The notes beneath the pieces are model-generated. The model was given only the letters and a program-made list of their open reading frames with translations. It searched no databases and was not told the DNA's origin. 64,000 nt of DNA from Desulfobacterales bacterium (GTDB lineage Bacteria > Desulfobacterota > Desulfobacteria > Desulfobacterales > UBA2174): the NCBI GenBank assembly GCA_963668645.2, contig CAXXWC010000003.1:1-64000 (forward strand). The letters are read 5' to 3'. Below are positions 1-10,800 of the stretch, piece after piece (positions within the stretch are counted from its first letter, which is position 1; each line of letters opens with the position of its first letter). The position numbers and the translations under genes are program-made.

Positions 1-2
1 GC

Positions 3-185
<183 letters not shown>

Positions 186-244
186 CCGACGGCAATGATC
201 GCCCGCCGCCGGCACCTGCCAACGGCGGCGGGCGATCCATCCGG

Positions 245-1639
245 ATGATATCGGACCAGACCATGACCTATATCAAGAACCGCAATCAGCTCTTGTCCCA
301 CGGTAGAACCGCCCTGCGCCAAAAGGCCCTTGAAATCATCGAATACGCCCTGGCCCAGGCCGATCCCTACCGGGCGACCCGCACGCGGGTGCACCTGAAC
401 GGCGACCTGCTGACGGTGGACGAAGCCGTTTTCGAAACTGGACCGCCGGCCCCGGATCTTTGTCATGGGCGCCGGCAAGGCGACCTTTCCCATCGCGGCG
501 GCCCTGGAAGACATCCTGGGTGATCGCATCAGTGACGGCCTTGTCATCTGCAAGTACGGCCAGCAGGGTCGCCTGGCACACTGCCGGCTGCATCTGGCCG
601 CCCATCCGATCCCCGATGAGGCCGGCATGGCCGGGGCCCGCGACATGATGGCCCTGGCCGGGTGCACCCGACCCGGCGATATCGTCTTCGGGTGCATAAC
701 AGGGGGCAGTTCGGCCCTGCTACCCGACCCGGTGGCCGGCATCAGCCTGGACGAAAAAAAGGCGGTCAACCGGCGACTGCTGACCTGCGGGGCCAACATC
801 ATCGAAATCAACGCGGTGCGCAAGCATCTGAGCCGCATCAAGGGCGGACGGCTGGCTATGGCGATCCACCCCCAGGCCCACCTGATCAACCTGACGGTCT
901 CGGATGTCATCGGCGATGCGCTCGATTACATCACCGATCCCACCGTGGCCGACACGTCCACCCTGGCCGACGCCCGGGCGAACCCTGGACAAGTACGACC
1001 TCTGGTCCCGCCTGCCGGCCAGCGTAACGGCTTACCTGAAACAGGCCGGACCCGAGGCCGAAACGCCCAAAGCGGCGGATTTTGCCGGCCGCAGTTGCCG
1101 CGACATCATTCTCGTACCCAGCGACGCCGCCTGTACGGCGGCCGCGACCAAAGCGGCGGATCTCGGTTTGCAGACCATGGTCCTGTCGACCATGCTCGAG
1201 GGAGAAAGCCGCGAACTGGGGCGCACTTTTCTCGGCCATCGCCAAGGAAATCCGTCTAAACGGCCGGCCCGTCAAGGCACCCTGCGCCATCATCGGCGGC
1301 GGCGAAACGACGGTAAAATTCGACGGCGACGGCGGCCACGGCGGCCCGAACCAGGAGTTCGCCCTCGGGGCGGCCTTCGACCTTTCCGGGATCGACGGTG
1401 CCCTGGTGGCCGGGATCGACTCGGACGGCACCGACGGGCCCACCGAGATCGCCGGGGCGATCGTCGACGACCAGACCATGGCCCGGGCCGCAGCGGTGGA
1501 TCTCGACCCGTTCGCCCACCTGGAACGCCATGATGTGACCCCGTTTTTCAAAACGTTGGAAGATGCCATCCAGACCGGGGCCACCGGCACCAACGTTAAC
1601 GACCTGAAGCTGATGCTCCTTGTGCCCCAGGGGGGATAG
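245..1639 (+). CDS. Glycerate 2-kinase (MOFRL/TtuD family), split by three +1 frameshifts
   Basis: Motifs GAGKA, HPIPD, ITGGSSAL, EINAVRKHLSRIKGGRLA, SDVIGD, GGETTV, GGPNQE, DSDGTDG and TGTNVND are spread over ORFs 245-523, 465-1259, 904-1533 and 1082-1639. Shifts near 435, 981 and 1230 each fall in a short homopolymer. Confidence 0.85.
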
Positions 1640-1709
1640 CCGGTTCGCAAGGCCGGATCTCACGACGGAGGGGACGGCCGGCAGATCACCAGGAATCCGG
1701 GAGAGGCAA

Positions 1710-2990
1710 ATGACAACCGTTTTGATTTTGACAGTGCTGCTGATAGCCTGCCTGATTATCAAGGTACCGGCCATTTTCGCTCTGGCCATCGGTCCGGTGG
1801 CCGTCCTGCTTTACATGGGCGACTTCCCGCTGGCGACCGTCCCCCAGAAGATCTACGAGACCATCAACAGCTTTCCCCTGATGGCCATCCCCTTTTTCGT
1901 CATGGTCGGCGTGGTGATCAACCGCACCCACCTGGCCGACGATCTGCTGACCCTGGTGCAGGACTTTCTCGGGCATCTCAAGGGCGGCCTCATCTATGTG
2001 AACATCCTTGCCAGCATGGTGTTCGCCGGCATGTCCGGCGCGGCCCTGGCCGATATCGCCGGCATCGGCGCGGTGGAGATGGACCTGATGCGAAAGGCCG
2101 GTTACCGCAAGGGGTTTTCCGCCGGGCTGGTGGCCGCCTCGTCGCTGATCGGCCCCATCATTCCACCGAGCATCGCCTTTGTCCTGTTCGGCGCCATGAC
2201 CGGCACCTCCGTGGCCGACCTGTTTATGGCCGGAATCACCCCGGGCATTATCATGGCGCTTTCCATCGCCTTTTACGGCCGCATCGCCGAAAACCGCAAT
2301 CTCCCCCCACCCCTGCCGCGCAAACCGATCGGCCAGGCCTCCAGGAGCTTCGTGCGCAGCCTTCCGGTACTTCTGCTCCCGGTGTTGCTGCTGGTGGGGA
2401 TCACCGCCGGCATCTTCACCCCCACCGAGGCGGCCTGCGTGGCCATCGTCTACGCGCTGGTTTTGGCCATGATCTATCGCAAACTGACGTTCAAGGGCTT
2501 TGTCATCATCCTCAAGGAGACGGTCTACAGCTCCGGGGAGATCATGGTCCTGACCGGCGTGGCAGTGCTCTTCGGCTACGTCATCGCCCTGGAGCAGATC
2601 CCCCAGGCCATCGCCGAGTTCACCATCGCCCACATCCACAGCAAGATCCTCGTGCTGCTGGCTTTTAACCTGATCGTGCTGGCAGCCGGCTGCTTCATGG
2701 ACAACGTACCGCTGATGCTCATCCTGATTCCCACCTTCACGCCCCTGATGAAGAGCCTGGAGGTGTCGTTTATTCACTGGGGAGTCATCCTGGTGGTCGG
2801 ATCCTATATCGGACTGCTCACACCACCGGTGGGGCTGTGCGTCTATGCGGTGGGGAAAGTGGCCGACCTGCCGTTGCACCAGGCGATACGGGTCACCTTT
2901 CCGTTCATCATTCCGCTGTTTCTGGTGCTGTTTCTGGTAACGATCTTTCCGGAGCTGTCTTTGTGGCTGCCGGCGCTGGTCAAACAGTGA
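1710..2990 (+). CDS. dctM: TRAP transporter large permease (DctM-like)
   Basis: Very hydrophobic; motifs AIPFF, FAGMSGAALAD, GPIIPPSI, GIFTPTEAA and GLLTPPVG. ATG at 1710 follows a GAGAGG RBS. Confidence 0.93.
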   Translation: MTTVLILTVLLIACLIIKVPAIFALAIGPVAVLLYMGDFPLATVPQKIYETINSFPLMAIPFFVMVGVVINRTHLADDLLTLVQDFLGHLKGGLIYVNILASMVFAGMSGAALADIAGIGAVEMDLMRKAGYRKGFSAGLVAASSLIGPIIPPSIAFVLFGAMTGTSVADLFMAGITPGIIMALSIAFYGRIAENRNLPPPLPRKPIGQASRSFVRSLPVLLLPVLLLVGITAGIFTPTEAACVAIVYALVLAMIYRKLTFKGFVIILKETVYSSGEIMVLTGVAVLFGYVIALEQIPQAIAEFTIAHIHSKILVLLAFNLIVLAAGCFMDNVPLMLILIPTFTPLMKSLEVSFIHWGVILVVGSYIGLLTPPVGLCVYAVGKVADLPLHQAIRVTFPFIIPLFLVLFLVTIFPELSLWLPALVKQ

Positions 2991-3157
2991 TTCTTTGTCC
3001 GGCGGGGGAAACGGCATCCGCCGGTCGCGCAAAGATACGACGGATACGCAGGAAAGGAGGGGGGCAACCGAAAGGGAGAATCGCCGGAACTTAGCACTTG
3101 TTGGATTTGCACAGTCTTCTTGCAACCGCAGTATATGAAACGACGAGGAGCCTTAAG

Positions 3158-4168
3158 ATGACATTGAAAAAGAACCACGCCAACATTTTGATCCTCTTTA
3201 CCCTGGTCGCGGCCCTGCTGCTGGCCACCCCATTTCAGAACGCGGCCGAGGCCAAGACCGTCCTCAAGTTCGCCAACGTGGCCAGCAACACCGACCTGCA
3301 GCAAGCGGCCAGCAAGTATTTCGCCGAGCAGATGAATGCCAGAACCAACGGTGAGGTCGAAGTCAAGATCTACCCCTCGGGCCAGCTCGGCGGCGGTACC
3401 CTGGACCACGTCGAGGCGGTGCGCATGGGCTCCATCGACATGTTCACCGAGGATTTCACCTGGTACTCGGTCTACAACAGCAACTTCTCGGTCCTCAACA
3501 CCCCCTTTCTGATCAAGGGGCAGGACAACCTGCAAAAAATCCTGGACGGGCCCATCGGCCAGCAGCTCGAGAAAAGCCTGCACAAGAACAATCTGGTGGT
3601 ACTGGCCCATAACTGGTCCTACGCGCCGCGCATAGTGGTTTGCAAGAAACCGGCCACCTCGCCGGCCGACCTTGAAGGCATCAAGCTGCGGGTGCCGGAG
3701 ATGGAATCCTACCTGGTCGCCTGGAAGGCCATGGGCGTCAAGGCGACCCCCATCGCCTGGACCGAGTTGCTCTTCGCTCTGAAGCAGGGCGTGGTGGACG
3801 CCGCCGAACCGCCCTTTGACGCCGCCTACACCGAACGCTTTTTCGAGGCCGCCCCCTACATCATTATGACGCGGCACCTGGAGACCACCGCCAGTGTGGT
3901 GATGAACAAGAAGAAATTCGACAGCCTCTCGCCGCAGATCCAGAAGCTGCTCTTCGAGGTCGCCAGAGAAGCTGGCATCGAAAAGCAGAAACTGCTCAAA
4001 GAGGAGATGAAGGTCTACGGCCAGAAAATGACCGAAGGTGGTGCAACACTCATCGAAGTCGACGCCAAGCCGTTCATGGAAAAGGTCAAGAACGTCGGCT
4101 ACGAGCTGGAAAACAAGGGCCGCTGGGAAAAGGGCCTGGTGGACAAGATCAAAGCCGGACAGCAGTAA
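3158..4168 (+). CDS. dctP: TRAP transporter substrate-binding protein (DctP-like)
   Basis: Signal peptide; motifs YPSGQLG, DLEGIKLRVP and ELLFALKQGVVDAAE. ATG follows GAGGAG. Confidence 0.92.
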   Translation: MTLKKNHANILILFTLVAALLLATPFQNAAEAKTVLKFANVASNTDLQQAASKYFAEQMNARTNGEVEVKIYPSGQLGGGTLDHVEAVRMGSIDMFTEDFTWYSVYNSNFSVLNTPFLIKGQDNLQKILDGPIGQQLEKSLHKNNLVVLAHNWSYAPRIVVCKKPATSPADLEGIKLRVPEMESYLVAWKAMGVKATPIAWTELLFALKQGVVDAAEPPFDAAYTERFFEAAPYIIMTRHLETTASVVMNKKKFDSLSPQIQKLLFEVAREAGIEKQKLLKEEMKVYGQKMTEGGATLIEVDAKPFMEKVKNVGYELENKGRWEKGLVDKIKAGQQ

Positions 4169-4237
4169 CCTCTCACGGGTCCTGCCCGCCCCGCCGCCGG
4201 CGGGGCGGCCGGCCAAGCCCTACGGAGCTCCACCACG

Positions 4238-4717
4238 ATGAACGCCTTTGAAAGAATCCTTGAAATCGTCGAGTACACGGTCGCCTCGCTCTTCGTGCTG
4301 ACCATGGTGGTGAGCATTTCTCTGGAGGTGGTGTTCCGCTATTTTCTCAACATGCCGCTGAGCTGGTGCGAGGAACTGGCCCGGTTCGCCACCATCTGGA
4401 TGTCGTTCATCGGCACGGCCATCACCTACCGCCACCGTGACTTGGTGATGATGGACGTCATCGACAAGGTGGTCTCCAAACGCATCGGCATCCTTTGCAA
4501 CCTGCTGGCCACCGTGATGGCCTTGGGATTTTTCGCCGTTCTGATCTACGGGGAGATCCAGCTCCAGTCCATCGCCGCCGCATCCCGCAGCCTGGCGCTG
4601 GGAATTCCGATGAACGTCTGGTCGATGGTCATCCTTTTTTCCGGCTTCTCGATGATCATCAGCGCAGTGCGGCACACGGTCACGGACGTCCGGGCGCTCA
4701 TCGCGCTGCATCGCTGA
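4238..4717 (+). CDS. dctQ: TRAP transporter small permease (DctQ-like)
   Basis: Four TM segments; VVFRYFLNMPLSWCEELARF motif. Confidence 0.92.
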   Translation: MNAFERILEIVEYTVASLFVLTMVVSISLEVVFRYFLNMPLSWCEELARFATIWMSFIGTAITYRHRDLVMMDVIDKVVSKRIGILCNLLATVMALGFFAVLIYGEIQLQSIAAASRSLALGIPMNVWSMVILFSGFSMIISAVRHTVTDVRALIALHR

Positions 4718-4774
4718 CGCAAGAATGCGCCGCCTGCAGCACCGTGAAATGCATCGCAAAAGGAACGAATCCTC

Positions 4775-6733
4775 ATGATGACCAACCGACAACGGATGCT
4801 GGCCACGGCCCGGGGAGAAACGGCCGACATCATCCCCTATGTCCCCCGTCTCGAGATCTGGTATAACGCCAACCGCTACAACGGCACCCTGCCCCCGCAG
4901 TACCGCACCGCCACGATGGACGAAATCGCCCGGGCCGAGGGCTGGGCCCTGTACAAGGTGATCCCCGAAGACTACGACCGCAAGCGCGACAGCGACTACG
5001 CCGTGCACCGCGCCCTGGGCCTCTATGCCATCCCCGAGGCGCCCTATCGGCTGGCGTTTCCATCCAACATCACGGTCGAACCGGTCCTCGACGGAAACTG
5101 CCTGCAAGTCACCTACCATACACCAGTGGGCCAGGTACGCACGCGCACGCGCTTTACCGAGGAGATGCTGCGGGCCGGGACCACCGAATCGTGGATCGAG
5201 GAGCCGGCCATCAAGTCGCCGGAAGACTATCGGGCGGTAGCCTATATTTTCGAACACCTCGAGCTGGTGCCTGACTTCGAGGCCCACGGCCGCTGGCAGG
5301 ATGCGGTGGGCGAAGACGGTCTTGCCGTAACCTTTGCCACGGCCGCCTGTTCGCCCATGCATCATATCCAGAAGGTGCTCATCGACCCCACGGCGTTTTT
5401 CTACCAGTACAACGACCACCATGGGGAGATGACCATCCTGGCAAGCTGCCTGCAAAACTTCTACGATCAGGTGCTGGACATCTGTGCCCGGGCCCCTGGG
5501 CCGGCCGTGCACTGGGGCGAGAACGTCGACAGCACCCTGACGCCGCGGCCCTATTTTATCCGCGACATCCTGCCCTGGCTCCAGAAAGCCACCGATCACC
5601 TGCACAGCAAGGGCAAGGTAGTCTTTAGCCACACCGACGGGGAAAACCAGCAGTTGATGGACCTGATCCCCCAAACCGGTATCGACGTGGCCGAATCGAT
5701 CTGCCCCTACCCCATGACCAGGGTACCCATCGCCTCGTACTACCGCCAGTGGCACGACCGGCTGACGCTGATGGGCGGCATCCCCTCGGACATGCTCATC
5801 GCCGAGGCCACCAGCGATGAACAGTTCGAGGCATATCTGGACCACCTTTTCAAGGCGGCAGCTCCTGGCAAGCGGATTATCCTGGCGGTGGCCGACAACG
5901 TGCCGCCGGCCGCCGAATTCGACCGGCTGGTGAGAATCGGCCGGCTCGCAGCCGAACACGGCCGCCTGCCGCTGCTAGGCGGAACCTGTCAGACCTTTTT
6001 CGACAAGGCCCAGGAGGTATCGGCCGAGGTACCGGCGCCCTCCGACCCGGCCGTCGAAGCGGTGGACGACGAAGCCTTGGCCGTCATTCACCGGGATGTC
6101 TTTGACGGCGACGATGAACACATCGCGGACCACGTGCAACAGGCCCTGGCCAAGGGGCTTTGCGCCGATACCGTCATGCAGCAGGGCCTGGTGCGGGCCA
6201 TGGAGATCGTCGGCGTACGGTTCAAGAACGACGACATGTTCATGCCTGAAGTGCTGCTCTCGGCCCGGGCAATGAACGTGGCTCTGGAACTGCTGGCCCC
6301 GCATCTGGATGCCGAGGCGCAAAAAAGCAGCGGCAGGATCATCATCGGTACGGTCAACGGAGACGTGCATGACATCGGCAAGAACATGGTGGTGATGATG
6401 CTCCAGAGCGTCGGCTTCGAGGTGCGGGATCTGGGCATCAACGTTGCGGCAAAAGATTTCGTTGCCGCCGTGCAACAGGATCGGCCCGACATCCTGGGCC
6501 TGTCAGCCCTGCTTTCGACCACCATGCCGGAGATGAGAACCGTAATCGGGGCCCTGGATGCAGCCGGAATGCGCGACAAGGTGGCCGTGATGGTCGGCGG
6601 GGCGCCGGTATCGGCGGCTTTCGCGCGCCAGATCGGTGCCGACGGCTATGCTGAGTCGGCCGGCGAGGCGGTGGATCTGGCCAAACGCCTGATGCAGTCC
6701 CGGCAGACCGGGACCATCTCGGAGGGACTATGA
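4775..6733 (+). CDS. Fusion of a UroD/MtaA-family methyltransferase-like domain and a corrinoid (B12-binding) protein
   Basis: N-terminal UroD-like barrel (MTNRQRMLATARGETAD, HTDG, LMGGIP, ADNVPP). C-terminal cap (FMPEVLLSARAM) and B12-binding domain (GDVHDIGKN, GLSALLSTTM, VMVGGAPV). Confidence 0.88.
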   Translation: MMTNRQRMLATARGETADIIPYVPRLEIWYNANRYNGTLPPQYRTATMDEIARAEGWALYKVIPEDYDRKRDSDYAVHRALGLYAIPEAPYRLAFPSNITVEPVLDGNCLQVTYHTPVGQVRTRTRFTEEMLRAGTTESWIEEPAIKSPEDYRAVAYIFEHLELVPDFEAHGRWQDAVGEDGLAVTFATAACSPMHHIQKVLIDPTAFFYQYNDHHGEMTILASCLQNFYDQVLDICARAPGPAVHWGENVDSTLTPRPYFIRDILPWLQKATDHLHSKGKVVFSHTDGENQQLMDLIPQTGIDVAESICPYPMTRVPIASYYRQWHDRLTLMGGIPSDMLIAEATSDEQFEAYLDHLFKAAAPGKRIILAVADNVPPAAEFDRLVRIGRLAAEHGRLPLLGGTCQTFFDKAQEVSAEVPAPSDPAVEAVDDEALAVIHRDVFDGDDEHIADHVQQALAKGLCADTVMQQGLVRAMEIVGVRFKNDDMFMPEVLLSARAMNVALELLAPHLDAEAQKSSGRIIIGTVNGDVHDIGKNMVVMMLQSVGFEVRDLGINVAAKDFVAAVQQDRPDILGLSALLSTTMPEMRTVIGALDAAGMRDKVAVMVGGAPVSAAFARQIGADGYAESAGEAVDLAKRLMQSRQTGTISEGL

Positions 6734-7518
6734 TTATCGTCGGAGAACTGATCAACGCCAGCCGCACCAAGGTGGCCGAGGCGATCAAGATCAAGGACGC
6801 CTATACCATCAAGAAGCTGGCGCTGGATCAGAAAACCTGCGGTGCCGCCTATATCGACGTCAACGCCGGCGTCTTTGTCGGTCAAGAGGCCCACTATCTC
6901 GCATGGCTGGTCGAGAAGGTCCAATCGGTGGTCGAGGGCCCCTGCTGCCTCGACAGTCCGGATCCCAAGGCCATCGAGGCGGCCCTGGCCGTGCACGCCG
7001 GCACGGCCATGATCAACTCGATCTCGCTGGAAAAGAAACGGCTTTCGGCCCTGCTGCCGCTGGTGGCCGGCAGCGACCTGAAGGTGATCGCCCTTTGCAT
7101 GAGCGATGCGGGCATGCCGGAAACCGCTGATCAACGTCTGGTCATCGCCGACCAGCTCATCAATCGACTGGTGGCCAACGGGGTGCCGCCGGAAAACATC
7201 TTCGTAGATCCTCTGGTCCAGCCGGTCTCCACCCAATCGAACTACGGCCGTGAGTTTCTGGCCGCCGTGGCCCGCATCCACAGCGAGTTTCGCGGGGTCC
7301 ATACCGTCTGCGGCCTGTCCAATGTCTCTTTCGGCCTGCCCAACCGGCCCTTGGTCAACCGGACCTTCATGGCCATGGCAGTGGGTCGCGGCCTGGACGC
7401 GGCCATCGTCAATCCCCTGGATCGGGACATGATGGCGTCGGTTACGGCCGCCGAGGTGCTGGCGGGCCGTGACAAATTTTGCAGCGGCTATCTTCAGTTT
7501 CACAGAAGCGGTCGCTGA
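6730..7518 (+). CDS. Methyltetrahydrofolate:corrinoid methyltransferase (AcsE/MT2-like, pterin-binding)
   Basis: Motifs IVGELINASR, IDVNAG, LDSPDP, MINSIS, FVDPLV and CGLSNVSFGLP. Start overlaps the upstream stop (ATGA). Confidence 0.9.
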   Translation: MIIVGELINASRTKVAEAIKIKDAYTIKKLALDQKTCGAAYIDVNAGVFVGQEAHYLAWLVEKVQSVVEGPCCLDSPDPKAIEAALAVHAGTAMINSISLEKKRLSALLPLVAGSDLKVIALCMSDAGMPETADQRLVIADQLINRLVANGVPPENIFVDPLVQPVSTQSNYGREFLAAVARIHSEFRGVHTVCGLSNVSFGLPNRPLVNRTFMAMAVGRGLDAAIVNPLDRDMMASVTAAEVLAGRDKFCSGYLQFHRSGR

Positions 7519-7543
7519 AGCAAAAAAGAAGCCGGCAAACGCT

Positions 7544-7999
7544 TCAACCGGCCAGCTCCTTTTTGGTCTTTTCGGATTCAGGGGTATAAATAACGGCCAA
7601 GGTTCTGACAATTCCCAATGAAAGAATCAGGATGGCAAAGCCTATGATATTTTGCCATACGGCCTTCTCATGGGTATAGAGGATTACGATAATTTCCCTG
7701 ACAACAAAGATGATAAAAGGGTCCATCATGGTGTGAAGGCGAAAGCGTTTTGCCTTGAAATATCCGACGAACCCTCTGAAAAGTTCGAGAACCACCAGAA
7801 ATGACAGTATATCTGTAATTATATTATTAAATCCATCGGAAAAATGTTCTATATGGACCAGGCCTTTTATCGAGTATACCGTCTTTGCCAGCCCGAGAAT
7901 CAGCACGATAATTATAAATATAATAAGCGTATTGACGATAATTTTTAATGACATACTAAACAACTCATCGATACTTGTCTCTTTGATGGAAATCATCAT
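7544..7999 (-). CDS. PsiE-like (phosphate-starvation-inducible E family) membrane protein
   Basis: Four TM segments with the DILSFLVVLELFR ... IIFVVREII pattern. Confidence 0.7.
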   Translation of the reverse strand: MMISIKETSIDELFSMSLKIIVNTLIIFIIIVLILGLAKTVYSIKGLVHIEHFSDGFNNIITDILSFLVVLELFRGFVGYFKAKRFRLHTMMDPFIIFVVREIIVILYTHEKAVWQNIIGFAILILSLGIVRTLAVIYTPESEKTKKELAG

Positions 8000-8118
8000 A
8001 CTTCCCTTTTATTTTATCGGGATGGAATCGGTTTGAATATAAGAGGGTTCTATAGGATGAAAATGTTGGCGTGTTGTTCCGTTTTCATTAAAATATAACT
8101 ATACCCGTCGACACACTT

Positions 8119-8889
8119 TTACAATTCGGACAACTTCTCCCCGAGGTGCTTCATGGGCGGCAGCATCGGCGGTTTGTAGAGCAGATAGCTTTGCACCGGA
8201 TAGCGTGATCCTTTCTCGTGGGTCCTGGCCAGACCGTCCGCAAGCGTGTCGCAAAGCGCCGCCGGTAAGGAAAGGAGCATTTCTCCGGATTCAGTGCCGG
8301 CCAGAATCCGTTCGCCCCGACCCGGATGGACAAAAGCCGGCTTGCCGCTGAAATACGGGCTGAGGGCCGAAAGGCAGGAAATGCCGATCGTGGTGCGCGA
8401 TTCGATCATCTCCCCGTAATGATAAAGATAACCTGCCGCCAGGCGGGACATCTGGGCCGGATTACCGTAAATCAAGACCAGGTCCGGTTCGACGGGCGCC
8501 ATGTGCAGCGGGAAAAAGCAAAGTGCGGCCAGTTGGCCCGGCTCCAGGGCTTCCAGGTCCTCGACCGCTTTTCGGGCAAGTTCGATGCTGTGAAAATATC
8601 CCATCTCCATGAAATAATCACCGAGCGCGGTCGCTTCCGTCATCCGCTGGAGACCCAAGGCCGCCAGGCACGGGGTACAGTTGATATCCTCGGCGGTGGC
8701 GCCCAGAATACGCCCCCAGCGCCGGGCCATCGTGGTCCATTGGCAAAGCGAGATCTTGAGCCCGTATTTGGAGGGCCGCACCGCCTTTTCCGGAAGCCGG
8801 CCCACGTCATCGAGCAGTTTTACTCCGATGGGATAGGATTGGGGCCTGATCAAACGGGTCAGTTCGCCGGAAAATGTCTGGCAGTCCAT
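8119..8889 (-). CDS. DUF169-family protein
   Basis: Motifs YPIGVKL, SLCQWTTMARRWG, INCTPC, PDLVLIYGNPAQMSRL and GRGERILAG. ATG at 8889 follows AGGAGG. Confidence 0.75.
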   Translation of the reverse strand: MDCQTFSGELTRLIRPQSYPIGVKLLDDVGRLPEKAVRPSKYGLKISLCQWTTMARRWGRILGATAEDINCTPCLAALGLQRMTEATALGDYFMEMGYFHSIELARKAVEDLEALEPGQLAALCFFPLHMAPVEPDLVLIYGNPAQMSRLAAGYLYHYGEMIESRTTIGISCLSALSPYFSGKPAFVHPGRGERILAGTESGEMLLSLPAALCDTLADGLARTHEKGSRYPVQSYLLYKPPMLPPMKHLGEKLSEL

Positions 8890-9104
8890 CGCAGCCTCCT
8901 GGTGGCGTGGGGTCAATTGCATGTGCCGATCCATTCCGGTTTGGAATCTATCACAGATTTGTCCGTTTTGCCCTACCCTGGCCGATAAACAGGAATTTAG
9001 CCCGGCGATCCGTTCCATCGGCCCGGATCAAGGGAGGCACCTTTACTTTGACACCAGGGGGGCTCCTCGGCGCCGATATGGATCGGGAAAAATTAAAAAA
9101 GAAT

Positions 9105-9749
9105 CAGTAATTTCCGGTTAGATTTTTGCATATAACTATTTGAAATGATATTTGAAAACGCTCAACTTTTTACTTGGCAAATGGCAACCAATGTGAATTG
9201 TATTTTTGTATAGCCTATAAATACAGCAGGTTATACACAATGCGGGCGCCAGTCCCGAAACGGTTACCAAAGTCTGTTCATTTTGACCAATTTTCACAAC
9301 CCATTGTTAGCACTATGGAAAAAACATAAGCCAAAGTCAAATCCATTTAAGATTAGTCGGTTATGAGGTCGATCGGGTCAAATACGGGATCGCCACCAAC
9401 CGCTACGATCTTACCGCTGAACAGATCGCCGAGGCTTACAAGCTGCGCTGGAACATCGAGAATTTCTTTGCCTGGAGGAAAAGGCACCTGAAAGTCTATC
9501 ACCTGATCGCCCGCAGCGCCTATGGCCTGATGGTCCAGATTGTGGCCGGCCTGATCACCTATCTGTTGCTGGCTATACATTGCCAAAAACACTTCAAGGA
9601 GAAAGTGTCCATACGGCGAGTCAGACAGTTGCGGACCGCTATTGAAAACGAGTTGCGCTGGCTACCGGATGATAATGATGTGGACTCACAATATGTAAAA
9701 GAGCAAAAATTGCACTTTGTTGATGCAAAAACCTAACCGGAACTTACTG
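9105..9749 (+). mobile_element. Internally deleted IS4-family element (645 bp)
   Basis: 27-bp terminal IRs: CAGTAATTTCCGGTTAGATTTTTGCAT (9105-9131) and ATGCAAAAACCTAACCGGAACTTACTG (9723-9749), with 2 mismatches. 9-bp direct repeat AAAAAGAAT at 9096-9104 and 9750-9758. Only the transposase C-terminus (YKLRWNIENFF) remains, at ~9355-9736. Confidence 0.88.
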
Positions 9750-9783
9750 AAAAAGAATGGGATTTTTATCTGAATCGACCAGG

Positions 9784-10089
9784 TCAGATTTTGGATTTAT
9801 CCTCAACCACCAGATCAAGCCCCAGCAGGACCTTATCGGTGACGGACAAATCTCCGATGACCCGATGTGAGGGTTCGGGCAATACCTTGACCAGCGTCGG
9901 GGTGGCGATTATGCGCTCTTGTTCGGCGACCTGGGGCTTCTCCAGAATGTCGATGATTTCTAGATGATAGTCTCCGTCAAGTACGTTTTCGCAAATCGAT
10001 CTGACGTTTTCAATGGCTTTTTGCGATTGTGGGCTGAATCCGATAATGAACAGTTTGAACAAATACTTATGGCGTGACATGTCTATCAT
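9784..10089 (-). CDS. kaiB: KaiB-like protein
   Basis: YLFKLFIIG...SQKAIEN...YHLEIIDILEKPQVAEQERIIATPTLVKVLPEP.HRVIGDLS closely follows the KaiB pattern. Confidence 0.88.
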   Translation of the reverse strand: MIDMSRHKYLFKLFIIGFSPQSQKAIENVRSICENVLDGDYHLEIIDILEKPQVAEQERIIATPTLVKVLPEPSHRVIGDLSVTDKVLLGLDLVVEDKSKI

Positions 10090-10800
10090 TCCTGTTTTCG
10101 ATTAAACAGCGGCTGATCTCTTGCAGCCAGCCTTGCCGCACATGCCATAAGGGCGCTTTCAGCCACTGAAAAGCACTTATTTCCACGACAATGGTGAATT
10201 TTATAGTAATGATGGACAAAATATCAAATCAGTTCAATTCAAATTAAGTGGCCCCGATGCTCACATAGAAAAACCGGGGGGTATCAGCGACCAACATAAA
10301 TTCTATTCCTTGGATTATCGAGAACAAAACCCCGTCTATCGCAAGTGACGCAAATTTTTTTCGGTTTTTAACGGAATTTTCAAACTGGATTCATTAACTT
10401 TAGCAATCAGTATACTAGGGAAAATTGGATTGTCAAACAATTTTCCAGGAAAATAAGATCGCACGGGCCGGCTCAAAAACCCGTCTCCGGCCACGAACGA
10501 GGCTTGCTGCCCTAAACGGGTTCTTTATGCCTCGGTCCCTGCGGCAACGATCGAACGAAAAGGCCGAGCCGTCACGATTACCTGCCGCGAGCATGTTGAG
10601 TCCGGTTCTTGCTGCGGATGTGCACAGGCAAAATCCGGTTTTTCAAGTCAGTCTAGTGTCTATCCAGAAACGTTAGATTTTGGTTCCTGGCAAGGCCCGA
10701 GCGAGTTTTAACCCGAAGACATAATCCGCTATTTCGAGGATTGAAAACGAACGAAAACGCCGCCAGGGGCCGGAAGATGCCGTTTCCGGACGGACACAAA

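Noticed and set aside
10460..10545. Imperfect inverted repeat in the kaiB-MBL intergenic region
   Set aside because: It is a single copy with weak pairing and no attC cores or known RNA motif, so no function can be supported.
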